Source: Zygnema circumcarinatum SAG 698-1b
Taxonomy: Eukaryota > Plantae > Zygnematophyceae
DNA: 64,000 nt
Reading direction: 5' to 3'
Assembly: GCA_037447605.1 (NCBI GenBank)
Contig: CM074808.1
Span: forward strand, 3,906,001 to 3,970,000
Within the stretch, counting starts at the first letter, position 1, and each line of letters starts with the position of its first letter. The notes beneath the pieces are model-generated. The model saw only the letters and a program-made list of their open reading frames with translations. It was not told the DNA's origin and made no database searches. Below are positions 47,256 through 59,603 of the stretch, one piece after another. The translations under genes and the position numbers were made by a program.

Positions 47256-50045
47256 ATGGACCGGGAAGGAAGGGAGAAGGGCGGGCGGGGGAACGCGGCG
47301 GGGGACAAGAAGCGCAAGTTCGTGTACGGGAACTACAGCCGCTACTATGGCTACCGGGCATGCCTCTCCCGCTCTCTCTCTCCCGCTCTCTCATCCGCTA
47401 TCTCCGCTCTCTCGTCCGCTCTCTCTCCCGCGCTTCTGAACTCTAGTGTCCTTACAAACCCTAGAAAGTCTCTGAACATGGAGACCCTGCATGCTTCACA
47501 AAAAATGGGATCCCTGATATAGGACATACTGTAGAATCGTACAATGTTCGTAAACGCTAGCAGACTGAACAATCCTGGAAGATATCAGAATCTTGCAATC
47601 GCTGAACCCTGAACTTTCAAATTTGGGTTAAGGGTTCAGGGTTCAGTTTCAATGTTTCAATTTTTTTTTTTTTTAACTGCAATGCCTGAGGTCTCCAAGA
47701 TCTTGGAGTTGTGGAGAGCTTTTGACGCTTGAATGCCTCTAAACTGTGGAAGCCATCGTTGCCTGACCAACCCTAGAAATTCACTTCCAGATCTCACTTC
47801 TCCTCATGACGTCAAAGACTAAAGACCTTCAAGGATATCTCAGAAGCGAAAAACATCCTCCCTCTCTCACTCCCACTCTGTCTCTCTCACTCACTCTCAC
47901 TCTCACTCTCGCACACTCGCTCTTAAAACGTATTGTGAAAGCCTTGCAGACTCGAAATCTGAAATGAAACAGCTTTTAAGAATGATTTTACAGGCATGTA
48001 AGAACCTATGACGATTAAGTATGCAGGGATCACAATCCTAATTCCAACTTTATCCCCACAAACCCTACCTCTCCTCTAACCTTACACGTAACCTTACCTA
48101 ATCTCGATCCTAAGCTCATCCTGAGCAACTTAGCCCTAATGCCAAACCCTAAATTGTGAATCTGATCCTTGAGCATTTTTGTGAGCCCCGTTACTCTATA
48201 GGGAATTCTGAAGATTATTTTGACTGATTCTTCAGGTAGGAGCAGCGCTGGAGGAGGATCCTCGTCTGAAACATTTCAAGAGAGAGTGGTTTGAAGGGAG
48301 AGACTGCCTCGACATCGGCTGCAATGAAGGCCTCATCACTATTTCTGTTGGTGAGAATTCATGTAACCTTCAAAAATGACGAAAATTTGTTTTTAAGGCG
48401 TGGTAAACGCCGCTAATTGAGTTTGGTTGGAGGATGGATGCTCTGTTTCTTCAACTGTGTGTTGGCTGGGAGGGAAACAGGAGGGGAGTGATAGAGTGGG
48501 AGCGAAAGGAGAGGGAGAGAACACAGAGGAATGATGAATTTGCTCTGTTTGGTACATGCAGCACAAAAATTCCTTGTTAAATCCATGGTGGGAGTGGACA
48601 TAGACAAAGGTGAGAACTTCATGCCAACGGCTGAATACCACGAGTTGAAGGAAATTAACATTTCTCAACCTTGATTGAAGGAAATTTGACAAAACGCACA
48701 CTCGATATATGCAAAATAAGCCCACGTTCCTCCAACATATTAGTAGAGATCAGAGGAGCGGAGTGATAGTTTGCGGAAGAGAGGGAGAGAGAGGGTGGGG
48801 GTGGGGAGGGGAGGGAGACGTGTGATCTGTGAGTGCTCTGTCGTGCATTGCAGGTCTTGTAGTGAGTGCCAAGCAGCACTTGGGCGCGGAAATGGCTCGA
48901 CTTCGCCGTCAGGAAATAGGTAGAAATAATAACCGAAATGCGACGACGATATCTCACAGCAATGTGGAGGCAGAGAGAGGAGCTGTTGAGAGGGAAAAGG
49001 GTTCAAGGCAGCAAAGACGGAGAGCGGCTGCTTCAGGGGCTGGGAGAGAGAGCAATGGAGTTAGTGGGAGAGAAGGGGAAGGTTCTCGAAGCCGAACAGA
49101 GGTCACACAGAAGGCTGAAGCTGAGAGAGAATCTACAGGTGATGGTGTTGGAGATGAGAGAAGTGGAGGAGGTGTTGGAGAGGATTTGCGGGAAGCGAGG
49201 GAGGAGAGGAGGAATGGTGAAGGAGGTAGTGGGAGAACAGGGGAAGAGAGAGAGGGGGAGGGAGTGGGAGTGGGAAAGGAGCTACAGGTGGGAGGGGAGG
49301 GGAAGGTATGTGGCCTTGGGGCAGAGGAACTGGAAAGAAGAGTGCGATTCCATGCGGAGAATTTCTTAGAGACGCGAACGGGTGATTCTATGTATGACGT
49401 GGTGCTATGGTGCGCACTGCTCATCCGACGCATGTGAATTGTCAGCATGATTAAATAAAAGAAAGAAAGAAAGAAAAGAGAGAGAGGGAGAGAGAGAGAG
49501 AGAAGGGGAGGGCGAGAGAGGAGGGGAGAAGGGGAGAGACAGTATTAATAGTGATGGCTTGTCTTTGTATCCGTGTCTTCATGGCTGCAGTCTGAGTGTT
49601 ACGAAATGGATACATCTCAACTGGGGCGATGAGGGACTGAAGCGCTTCTTTGGAAAGATATTTCGAGTTCTCCGACCGGTAAGGAGCCCATGGCAGGAAA
49701 GACTTCAAGAAATTTGTGCGTTTTTTTTTATTTTTTCTTGAATTTGATAAAGAGTTTGATGGGGGGTTCAGAGACTTCTAGTTCACTCTTTTCTATGCGG
49801 AAGATAAGGATGATGAATTGCGGGTATCATTTTTCTAAGCCTTTCTTCCCATGGCATGGAGGGAGGGAGGAATACTGATTCTTGAGGAGTACTGATTCTC
49901 CGTTTGCAGGGAGTACTGATTGAGGAGGAGTACTGCTTCTCCGTTTGCAGGGAGGAATACTGATTCTGGAGCCGCAGCCGTGGAAGTCGTACCAGAAAGC
50001 AAGATCCTTTTCTCCGGTAGACTCACGAATATCCTCTCTCCTGCA

Positions 50046-50099
<54 letters not shown>

Positions 50100-50530
50100 T
50101 CTCTCTCTCGCTCTCTCTCTCTCTCACTCTCTCTCTCTCTCTCTCACTCTCTCTGCCTTCATTGAGACGTTTGTTTGAAAGCTTTGAAGTAATCCAATTG
50201 GCTCAGGGCATGTCTGAGGTGTGATTGCAGGAGGCGAAGAAGAACTACAGCGCAATTCAAATCTTGCCGGACGATTTTTCAGAGATTCTGCTCGATCGGG
50301 TGAGGCTCTGTCTGACCTCTCTGCATTAGGTCTAAAGATGTTTCTTTTTTTTCGGGAGCAGAGGCGACGCCATACTCTCTTCAGATTAGTAGAATAGTTT
50401 TTCATACTTTGATTATTGCTTTCTGGGGTTGCGCGTGCAGGTGGGGTTTAGATCCATGGAAGAGGTGAGTGGCGGAGTTACCAACAGCACAAAGGGATTC
50501 AATCGCCCAATTTTTCTTTTTCACAAGTGA
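47256..50530 (+). CDS. MEPCE: Bin3/MEPCE-family RNA 5' methylphosphate-capping methyltransferase
   Basis: Exons give [44 protein letters not shown] (SAM motif I), [51 protein letters not shown] and GFRS...[12 protein letters not shown] (stop 50528-50530). Upstream in-frame ATG at 47193 is an alternative start. Confidence 0.93.
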
Positions 50531-51165
50531 TGATGATGTAAGCGCTCGAGGTTGTGAAGTGATTCAATAAAGGGAACCGCATTTGGTGCCAATGAAATGC
50601 AATTGACAAGGTCAACTGGGTCAAGTAGGTCAACCGAGTCAGAAAGTTGTATTGTCAATTGAGTCAACTAAAGTCAATTTAGGTGAAGAGGGTCACAAAG
50701 TCAAGCGGGTTAACCAGGTCAACCGATATGACCGTTCTTGATGAGGATTGTTGGAAGCATCCGTTGTTTTGTGTACTACGTTGATTCTCCGTTTTTTATC
50801 CCCTTTGCGAATTATTGTCGAACATCTTCCAATGTGATTTTCCAGCTCTTTTTCATCCCATTTCGAAAAAGAAGTTCAACTATGAACTTATGTGTCTGGT
50901 TTGGGACATCTTCAGATAGAAATCGACCTTGCAATCCAAAAAAATAGGAACGAAATTTCGATTCACAGACCTCTCGACCCTTCTGCACGGTACCATCGTT
51001 TTGCGAACCACTCACGATATTCGATACGATACGATACGATACAAAATGCCATGGAAGTCATCTTGACGGATCCTGTCGAGACGACGATACTCAATACGCC
51101 AGTCGGATATCGGTATATCGTCGTGCAGATATATCGCCGACTAGTCTCCCTCGCCAAGTCCCAAC

Positions 51166-51424
51166 AAACCCTAAAAGCTTCAATGGCGTGCCCTCAGCAC
51201 CCATCCCTAAACCCTAAACCTTGAACCCTTAAATCTAAACCTAAAAACCTTAAACCCTAAATTCTAATCAGGTTGCAATCTTCCCTCCTTCCACTTTTCC
51301 CTCGCGCGTTCCCTCGTCCCGCATGCATGACAGCTGGGGAAACCCTAAAACCCTGGAGGTTAAGGTTTTAGGTTAAAACCCTAAAACCTTAACCCCTGGA
51401 CCAGAAACCCTAAAACCCTAAAAC
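51166..51424 (+). promoter_or_regulatory. Telo-box (AAACCCTA) cluster upstream of INTS6
   Basis: At least seven AAACCCTA(A) motifs lie within ~260 bp before the ATG at 51503. Confidence 0.6.
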
Positions 51425-51502
51425 CCTTGCAGTGGCGAAGGTCTCATTTTGAAGTTTTTCCGTGACCTCTCTCGTTGCGACACGTGTCAGCGAGCCGGCA
51501 AG

Positions 51503-52018
51503 ATGCTTGTCGTTTTCGTGGTCGACACGAGCGCCTCCATGAACCAGAAGGTCGCGAGCGGCCTCTCTCTCCTCGACTGCGCGAAGAGCGCCGTCGAACA
51601 TTTCCACAAGGTGCGGATTTTAGGGTTCAGGGTTTAGGGTTCAGGGTGAAGAACTCAGGGTTTAGGTTCAGGGTTCAGGGTTCAAGGTTCAGGGTTCAGG
51701 GTTCAGGGTTCAGGGTTCAGGGTTCAGGGTTCAGGGTTCAGGGTTCAGGGTTCAGAGTTCAGGGCTCAGGGTTCAAGGTTCAGGGTTGAAGGTTTAGGGT
51801 TCAAGGTTTAGCGTTCAAAGTTTAGGGTTTAGGGTTCAGGGTTTAGGGTATAAGGTTCAGGGTTTAAGGCTTAGCGTTCAGGGTTTAGGGTTTAGGGCTT
51901 GGGATGGTTCTAGGGTTCAAGATCGTAGGGCTTCGGCCTTTAAGCGTGATGTTAATTCCATTTTTTTCGGCTACAGGTGCGACAGCGAGATGCGTCATGC
52001 CGACTGGATAGGTCAGTA

Positions 52019-52095
<77 letters not shown>

Positions 52096-55071
52096 CTCTC
52101 CCTCTCTTTCTTCCCCATCAAAATTAGAATCTATGACTTCCATTAATTACTGTAGATTCTTTCTGATCATGTTTTTGTCGTTATTTATCATGGTTTAGGT
52201 CAGGGGGCCTCCTTTTGAGAAAAAATAGGCCGAGCAATACGGTCTTAAGCCAAATTCATGCAATACTAAAAATTCTCTTCTGTTTTTTTATTTTCTAATA
52301 ATTACTTTTGACAGATACATGCTCGTCACCTCTGAAGGTGGTCCGGGGGCCATTCAGGTACATTATTCAGATTTGTGTTTATTTCACTATCAGAATTTCG
52401 ACTGTACTCACATCAAGAATAGAGACTGCGTGTGCTTATAAAAGCCTATCTCTTTCCCCCAAACGGTCAACTTTTGAGTCAATATTGGTCAACTTCCGAG
52501 TCAACGTTTTAGGGTTTTGAGCCAACTTTGAGCCAAGTCAAGTTCACTTGTGTCAAAATGACTCCTCGGTTTGACTCCTGCGTATATTTTTTTTTTTTTT
52601 TTTTTTTAAAGGTGTTCGACAAGTACCCGTTCGCCAGTTTCCTGCGCGTTCTGAAGGGCGTGCAGGCACGGGACCTGACCTGTACGGGCGCGGCCGTACA
52701 GCGGACCTTCGACTTCCTGCAGCTGCAGCGACTGGCCAATGACGTCGACCGCTTTGGTGAGTCCAACGCACAGAAAGAAAGAAAGGAAGTAAGAAAGAAA
52801 GAAAGGAGGAGAGAAAGAAAGAATGAAAGAAAGAATGAAAGGAAGAAAGAATGAAAGAATGAAAGAAAGAGAGAAAGAAAGAAAGAATGAAAGAAAGAAT
52901 GAAATAGAGAAAGAAAGAAAGAAAGAAGGAAAGAAAAACAAACTACAAATTCAACTTCCTTGCTCCTTACAAGGTGTTTTCCTTAACTTACTGATTTCCT
53001 TATTCTATGGTTTAATGGAAATCTTTAAGATGGGAGGCGAGTGTGGCTGCTACAGGACAGGGACGGAATCCATGTTCGATCGATCCAACGATGGTGATAC
53101 TGCTCACGGACGGAACTGAACTCACCTCTCTGGTAACCCTCCATGCAGAAAATTGCTCCTAATTTCCTTTTTCTTCGTCAGTAGTCCGTTGGTTTGAAAT
53201 GACGGCACACGCAGCTCCTTAACATAATCTCATTCTTAAAATCCTCCAACACATTCAGAATACCGTATGGAAATGTTAGATACAACGCAAACTTGGTTTT
53301 TGCATGAACTTTGCTTTTTTTTTATTTTTTTCTTTTGCGATCCTGTCTGCCAGGCTGGAGTTTCCAACACTCTCATGCTTCCGGGTGGTCCCATGCCGAT
53401 AGGCGCTGAGCTGGCAATGCAGCCATTCCGTTGGGACCAACGGGTGTTTGCGACAGTTTTACGGTCAGTTGAACTGAACTGAACTGAACCGAGCCGCACC
53501 GAAACTGAGGAACTGTAGGAGCTTCTGTTTACTCCATGCATGGCCCCATCTTCTACACCTCTTTGAGAAACTCGTTTTCTATGTGTTCGCTCTGTGCGGC
53601 TTCCCTGTTCCAGCAGACGCACAGAAAGAGGGCAGCCGCGTTCCATGTGAGAAGTTTCCGTTAGTTTGGGGGCGGCGGTTTCAGAATTCCGTCCGTAAGC
53701 GGAGCAGCGCTTGAGCGGAGCGGACCAATCCCGCAAAACGGGCCGATTTCTGGCAGCCAATCAGCTGTCGCCATGGATGCCAACATTTCGGCATTTTGCG
53801 AAGTGACTGGGTATATAGAAAAAGCTTCCTTTCTCTCCCTCTCCCGCACGGTCCTTTCCGGGTCTTATCCCGTTCCGTTTCAGTTACCTTCAACTCCATT
53901 CTGTTCTCTTTCCCCGTATACGGACGATATGCAGAGAGAGACATAGATAGGTTTAGTCTCAGCTCTCCGGTTTGCAATATTTGTTCTGTCACAAAAAACG
54001 ACGGAGAATTGACAAANNNNNNNNNNNNNNNNNNNNNNNNNNNNNNNNNNNNNNNNNNNNNNNNNNNNNNNNNNNNNNNNNNNNNNNNNNNNNNNNNNNN
54101 NNNNNNNNNNNNNNNNCCAAGTTGGGCCATGTTCGCGTGCAGGTGGAGGAGCCCGAGCGCGGGAAGTCCCGCGCCATGTTCGGCAATCCGTACAGGCAGG
54201 AAAAGGCGGAGGGCCCCGACGAGGCCTGGCTGGAGGGAGGCAATGGCCAGCTGACACGTGGCAGAAAGAGACGAAAACGCTCCGAATCTCCTGCTAGCTC
54301 TGCCAGCCTGGCAGGCTCCGCAGAAGCCATGGTAGCTCCTCAAGGAGGAGATGCGGCAACAGCGCAGGTAGTGGGAGAGAGAGAGAGGGAGAGGCAGAGA
54401 GAGAAAGAGAAGGAGAGAGATAGGGAGAAGGAGAGGGAGGGAGAGAGAGGGACGGTGTCTGCGGCTCCGGTCTCGGCTATGACTCCTGGGAGCAGCGAAG
54501 TTCCATCTGTTGATTCTGTTGGAGTCAGTTTGGTGAACGGAACGGAGATTGGGACGGGGGCTGTACTGCATGGAACGGGGGAGGCTAGTGTGGGCCCCAC
54601 TTCAAGTGACGGTGGAACTTTGGTGGAGGTCGGGAGCGCTATGAGCAATGGGGGCCAAGTGGGGGAAGGAGAGGGGGGTGGGAGAGAGGGGAGAGAAGAG
54701 AGGGAAGGAGATGGAATGGGTGGGCAGTGGGAAGCGGAAGGAGGGGGCGGGAGAGAGGGAGGGGTGATAGGGAAGGAGGAGGAGCGTTGGGAAAGTGGCA
54801 AGGTAAGTTTGGAGCGAAGACAAATAGGAGGACAGGGGGTAGTGGTTGGGAGAGAGGTGGGAGAGAGTGAGGGAGGAATGGGAGAGGAAGAGAAAGTTGT
54901 TTTACCGGGGCCCCTTGCAGAGCAGAAGGAACTGGTGGCCTTTGTGCTCTCTGTTTTCAGAAGGCTGCGGAGCACAAAAGGCGAAAACTTCAAAGAGGTG
55001 AGAGAGGAAGGAGAAGGCTCTCTCGCTTCCTCTGTTCGAGACACATGCAAAATTGTTGAAATGAAAGAGGG

Positions 55072-55130
<59 letters not shown>

Positions 55131-55590
55131 AGAGGGCGAGAGGGCGAGAGAGAGAGGGAAAGAGAGAGTGGTGGGGAGAGGGAGAAGGAGAGATTGAGGC
55201 TCACTGTTGGGACACCACCACCATTCCCCTTTCGTCCCTGTGCAGCTGTTTGAGATTCTCGGCCGCCCCAATTTCCCGGTGGACAAGGCCGGCCTGGTCA
55301 GGCAGCTCGTGCTTAAGGCCAGTCCCATCTGTCACACTAGTGGTGTTTGAAATCTCTGCTTCACTCGAAAATGTCGACGATACTTAAAAGAATACTTACA
55401 TGCGAAGTGTATTGGAGGAGGTATGCTTCAACTGCGGTAAAAAAAATAAAAAAAAATAAATAAATAAATCCCTCGATCCCTTGATCTCATTTTTCCTTTT
55501 TGTGGTGGGCAGGCACAGCGGCATCGGAAATTTGGGCTCGCGCAGGAACTGACCGACTTCCTCGGGAAAGCGATTGTTGCCGTGGGATGA
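51503..55590 (+). CDS. INTS6: Integrator complex subunit 6 homolog (vWA domain); central part lost in the 100-N gap
   Basis: MLVVFVVDTSASMNQ, AKSAVEHFHK, DRYMLVT, FDFLQLQRLANDVDRFGQGRNP, ILLTDG and QPFRWDQRVFATVLR parallel the human INTS6 N-terminus. After the gap (54017-54116) come RAMFGNPYRQ (cf. INTS6 HTFGNPFK) and a terminal LKAQRHRKFGLAQELTDFL. Confidence 0.88.
51619..51900 (+). repeat. Intronic telomere-variant array (GGGTTCA/GGGTTTA)n in INTS6 intron 1
   Basis: About 280 bp of heptamer repeats starting 8 nt after the donor at 51611. Confidence 0.92.
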
Positions 55591-56879
55591 GTGCATGTGA
55601 CGTGACTCAGCGCGGCACGGCAGCACATGGCATGACATGGCATGGCATGGCATGCGATTTCATCACATGACATGACATGCACTCATTGTACATACTATCT
55701 TGCGCATGCACCCACATGCAATTGTATTTTAGAATGTGTTCATTCATTCATTCATTCATTTTTTGTCCATGTTTCTATTTCTATGTGAACGAGTGAGGGC
55801 GGTTCCATGTGGTTCCGTTCACCGTGGTAACGCCATCAGTTGCACTGGAACACTTGTCCTGTCTCGTCCACGTCGTTCCCGCTGGCCAACGAGCCTCGTC
55901 CCATGGTTGAAGGGTACGGAAAGCAAACAAACTTTTGAACCCATGAGCTGCAAACTCAACCTAGCGAAAATTGAGAAACCGAATCTGGTTTCTGGTTTCT
56001 GGTGTCTGGTTTCTAGTTGCTGGTTGCTGGTTTCTGGTTTTCTGTTAGATTTTGTTAACTAAAGTCCGATTTCCAGGTACTGTCCGTACATCCGACCATC
56101 ATTTTTCGTCTTTTCAGACAGCTGCTGTACGGACCGCCATTTCGTACACATGTACGCGGTTAAAGCGACAACAGGCGCCGTCCGTATGCGTCATTGTACG
56201 GTTGACCAGGTGGCATCACCACAGGGCCCTACGGTGTGACAGCTGGCACGTGATGAGTGGCTGGCAGGCAGCCTGGATCCCGTAAGGGCCTCTCCAGCCG
56301 CCGAATATTTTGCTACCGTCCAAAAAACGACCGGATCTCGGCATCCCATTGGTGTTGTACACCTCAAGCCGACCAATGAGGAGGCGCCCGTGACTTCCGG
56401 GACCTTCTGCCAATGATTGTGCTTGCCACGCTGGCACAATCTGCGCTGTACAACTGACAAAATCTCAGCCGTACAATGGCACCGGCCGTTGGTATAGGTT
56501 CTTCTCGTTGCCGTTGCCCGTACAATTTTGGAAAAAAGCCGCACAAGTGCCGCCAAAGGACGCCACCGACATTGCGTAACAGTTACTAAACGACAAAATG
56601 GAGATTTGAGACAGGCTGGTCCTCAGGTTTCCGTTTGCGGTTGACGGTTCGAGTCCTACGTGGCGCCCTTTGATTGACCAATGGGTTGACCTCCTGGATC
56701 AACGATATGTACGGAAGTTATGGAGCCAGGGACTCCATCGGCCTGGTACTGGATCCACTGAAGCGTTTAGATGAACCACTCGGATCCATTACCGGATCCA
56801 CTGGGCCGCCCCCAGATCTATGCGAGACTTTGAGTTGACCGAACTTGGACCGGGGCGCCACGTGGTGCTCTCTCATTAT

Positions 56880-59603
56880 AGCAATCCTATCAGACTTGGC
56901 GGTTTCTTCGGCCCAGATCCTCTAAGATCCTGCCACGTCATATCTCTTTTGTCTCCTTGGACACTCCCCGCGGCCTTCCAGTTTTCCCTCAGATCTTCCC
57001 TGCCACGTCAGCCTATCCGTATGCCTCCTACCAGCTGGCGTCCGGATACGACATTTCGGCCTTGTCGGTGCCGCCTAGGGCGCCCTCCCCGGCCAGCCTG
57101 TCTTGTCGTATCAGCCGCCCGGCAGTTGCATTCCGTTTCGTTTTTTGGCGCGCAGTGCGGTGCCGGACCGGCGCGCGATCACTCCCTCCCTCCCTCCCTC
57201 CCACTCTCTCTCCCTCCCTCGCCCACCCCTCCCTCCCTCCCTCCATGGTTATGATCTTGGGGTCAAGGAATAGGGTTCAGGTTTAGGGTTTCCCCTCTCT
57301 CCTATGCCGGCCATGCGCCCCCATCAGATGGCTCTGGCCATGGCAAAGAAGGAGAAAGATAGGGAGAGGGAGAGGGAGAGGGAGAAGGAGAGGGAGAGGG
57401 AGAAGGTGAGGGAGCGCGTCCCCTTGAAGGCTCCGCGGAAGATGGACATTCCTCCGCTGCAGCTGCAACCCGACCCTCCAAACGAATCCATGCTTGACAC
57501 GTGGCAGACCGCCACGTCATCCTCCTCCTCCTCGTCCTCTCTCCGAGGCGGCTCTCCCGCCACCACTCTCTCCTTCCCCTCCGACTCGCCAGCTGGCAGC
57601 AGCGTAGGGGACCTGCAGGACCCCGCCGCGCTCTCCCTCTCTCTCTCTCTCTCCCTCCCACGCCACGTGGAACAAACTCCGTCCTCCGTCGGCCACAACG
57701 GAGACGGCGGCGCATGGAGCCTGGCGGACGAGGAGGCGGGAAAGAGGGAGAGGGAGAGGGAGAGGGAGAGGGAGAGGGAGGGAGAGGGAGAGGCGGCTCC
57801 GACGGGAGAGGGCGGAGGGGACGGAGGGAGAGGGGCCATTTCCCCGGCAGAGTTGAGGGAGGAGAAGGGAGGGGGGGGGGTTGGCGGGAAGTCTCCCGCA
57901 GGGGGCAGCAAATGGATGGCGCTTTTCAGCCCTCGGAGTGGCGCGGGTTTAAGGTCGCCTGCGGGCAGTCCGCGGGGGGAGGGTTTAGGGTTTTGGGAGC
58001 AGAGCAGGGGGCTGTCTGAGGGCTCCGTTGAGAGCGGAGGTTCCCTTGCGCCCGACGGAGTTCAGTCGGTGGGGTCGCCCACGTCTGAGAGAGGGCCTCC
58101 CACTCCCAAGGTGCGAATTGCTCCTCCTCTTGGGTTTTTTTTCTTTATGGTTTTTTTAATTAGAAACATAGAAAGAGATTTAATATGTTCGCGTGTTTAA
58201 TTTTAGTCTTCATTGTTTTTTTTTTTTTTTTTTTTTNNNNNNNNNNAGCAATCCTATCAGACTTGGCGGTTTCTTCGGCCCAGATCCTCTAAGATCCTGC
58301 CACGTCATATCTCTTTTGTCTCCTTGGACACTCCCCGCGGCCTTCCAGTTTTCCCTCAGATCTTCCCTGCCACGTCAGCCTATCCGTATGCCTCCTACCA
58401 GCTGGCGTCCGGATACGACATTTCGGCCTTGTCGGTGCCGCCTAGGGCGCCCTCCCCGGCCAGCCTGTCTTGTCGTATCAGCCGCCCGGCAGTTGCATTC
58501 CGTTTCGTTTTTTGGCGCGCAGTGCGGTGCCGGACCGGCGCGCGATCACTCCCTCCCTCCCTCCCTCCCACTCTCTCTCCCTCCCTCGCCCACCCCTCCC
58601 TCCCTCCCTCCATGGTTATGATCTTGGGGTCAAGGAATAGGGTTCAGGTTTAGGGTTTCCCCTCTCTCCTATGCCGGCCATGCGCCCCCATCAGATGGCT
58701 CTGGCCATGGCAAAGAAGGAGAAAGATAGGGAGAGGGAGAGGGAGAGGGAGAAGGAGAGGGAGAGGGAGAAGGTGAGGGAGCGCGTCCCCTTGAAGGCTC
58801 CGCGGAAGATGGACATTCCTCCGCTGCAGCTGCAACCCGACCCTCCAAACGAATCCATGCTTGACACGTGGCAGACCGCCACGTCATCCTCCTCCTCCTC
58901 GTCCTCTCTCCGAGGCGGCTCTCCCGCCACCACTCTCTCCTTCCCCTCCGACTCGCCAGCTGGCAGCAGCGTAGGGGACCTGCAGGACCCCGCCGCGCTC
59001 TCCCTCTCTCTCTCTCTCTCCCTCCCACGCCACGTGGAACAAACTCCGTCCTCCGTCGGCCACAACGGAGACGGCGGCGCATGGAGCCTGGCGGACGAGG
59101 AGGCGGGAAAGAGGGAGAGGGAGAGGGAGAGGGAGAGGGAGAGGGAGGGAGAGGGAGAGGCGGCTCCGACGGGAGAGGGCGGAGGGGACGGAGGGAGAGG
59201 GGCCATTTCCCCGGCAGAGTTGAGGGAGGAGAAGGGAGGGGGGGGGGTTGGCGGGAAGTCTCCCGCAGGGGGCAGCAAATGGATGGCGCTTTTCAGCCCT
59301 CGGAGTGGCGCGGGTTTAAGGTCGCCTGCGGGCAGTCCGCGGGGGGAGGGTTTAGGGTTTTGGGAGCAGAGCAGGGGGCTGTCTGAGGGCTCCGTTGAGA
59401 GCGGAGGTTCCCTTGCGCCCGACGGAGTTCAGTCGGTGGGGTCGCCCACGTCTGAGAGAGGGCCTCCCACTCCCAAGGTGCGAATTGCTCCTCCTCTTGG
59501 GTTTTTTTTCTTTATGGTTTTTTTAATTAGAAACATAGAAAGAGATTTAATATGTTCGCGTGTTTAATTTTAGTCTTCATTGTTTTTTTTTTTTTTTTTT
59601 TTT
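56880..59603 (+). repeat. Exact 1357-bp direct duplication across a 10-N gap (probable assembly artefact)
   Basis: 56880-58236 and 58247-59603 appear identical (offset 1367, identical ORF sets). The first copy ends in a poly-T run at the gap. Confidence 0.9.

Noticed and set aside
12638-55590. Functional cluster of RNA-metabolism genes (RNE, PPR, PELP1, MEPCE, INTS6)
   Set aside because: They act in different compartments and pathways, and RNA-related genes are common. Without synteny data this is consistent with chance.
56880-58246. Apparent tandem duplication of the ARM gene promoter and exon 1
   Set aside because: The copies look identical and meet at a 10-N gap after poly-T, the typical signature of a scaffolding overlap artefact. 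Long reads or read depth are needed.
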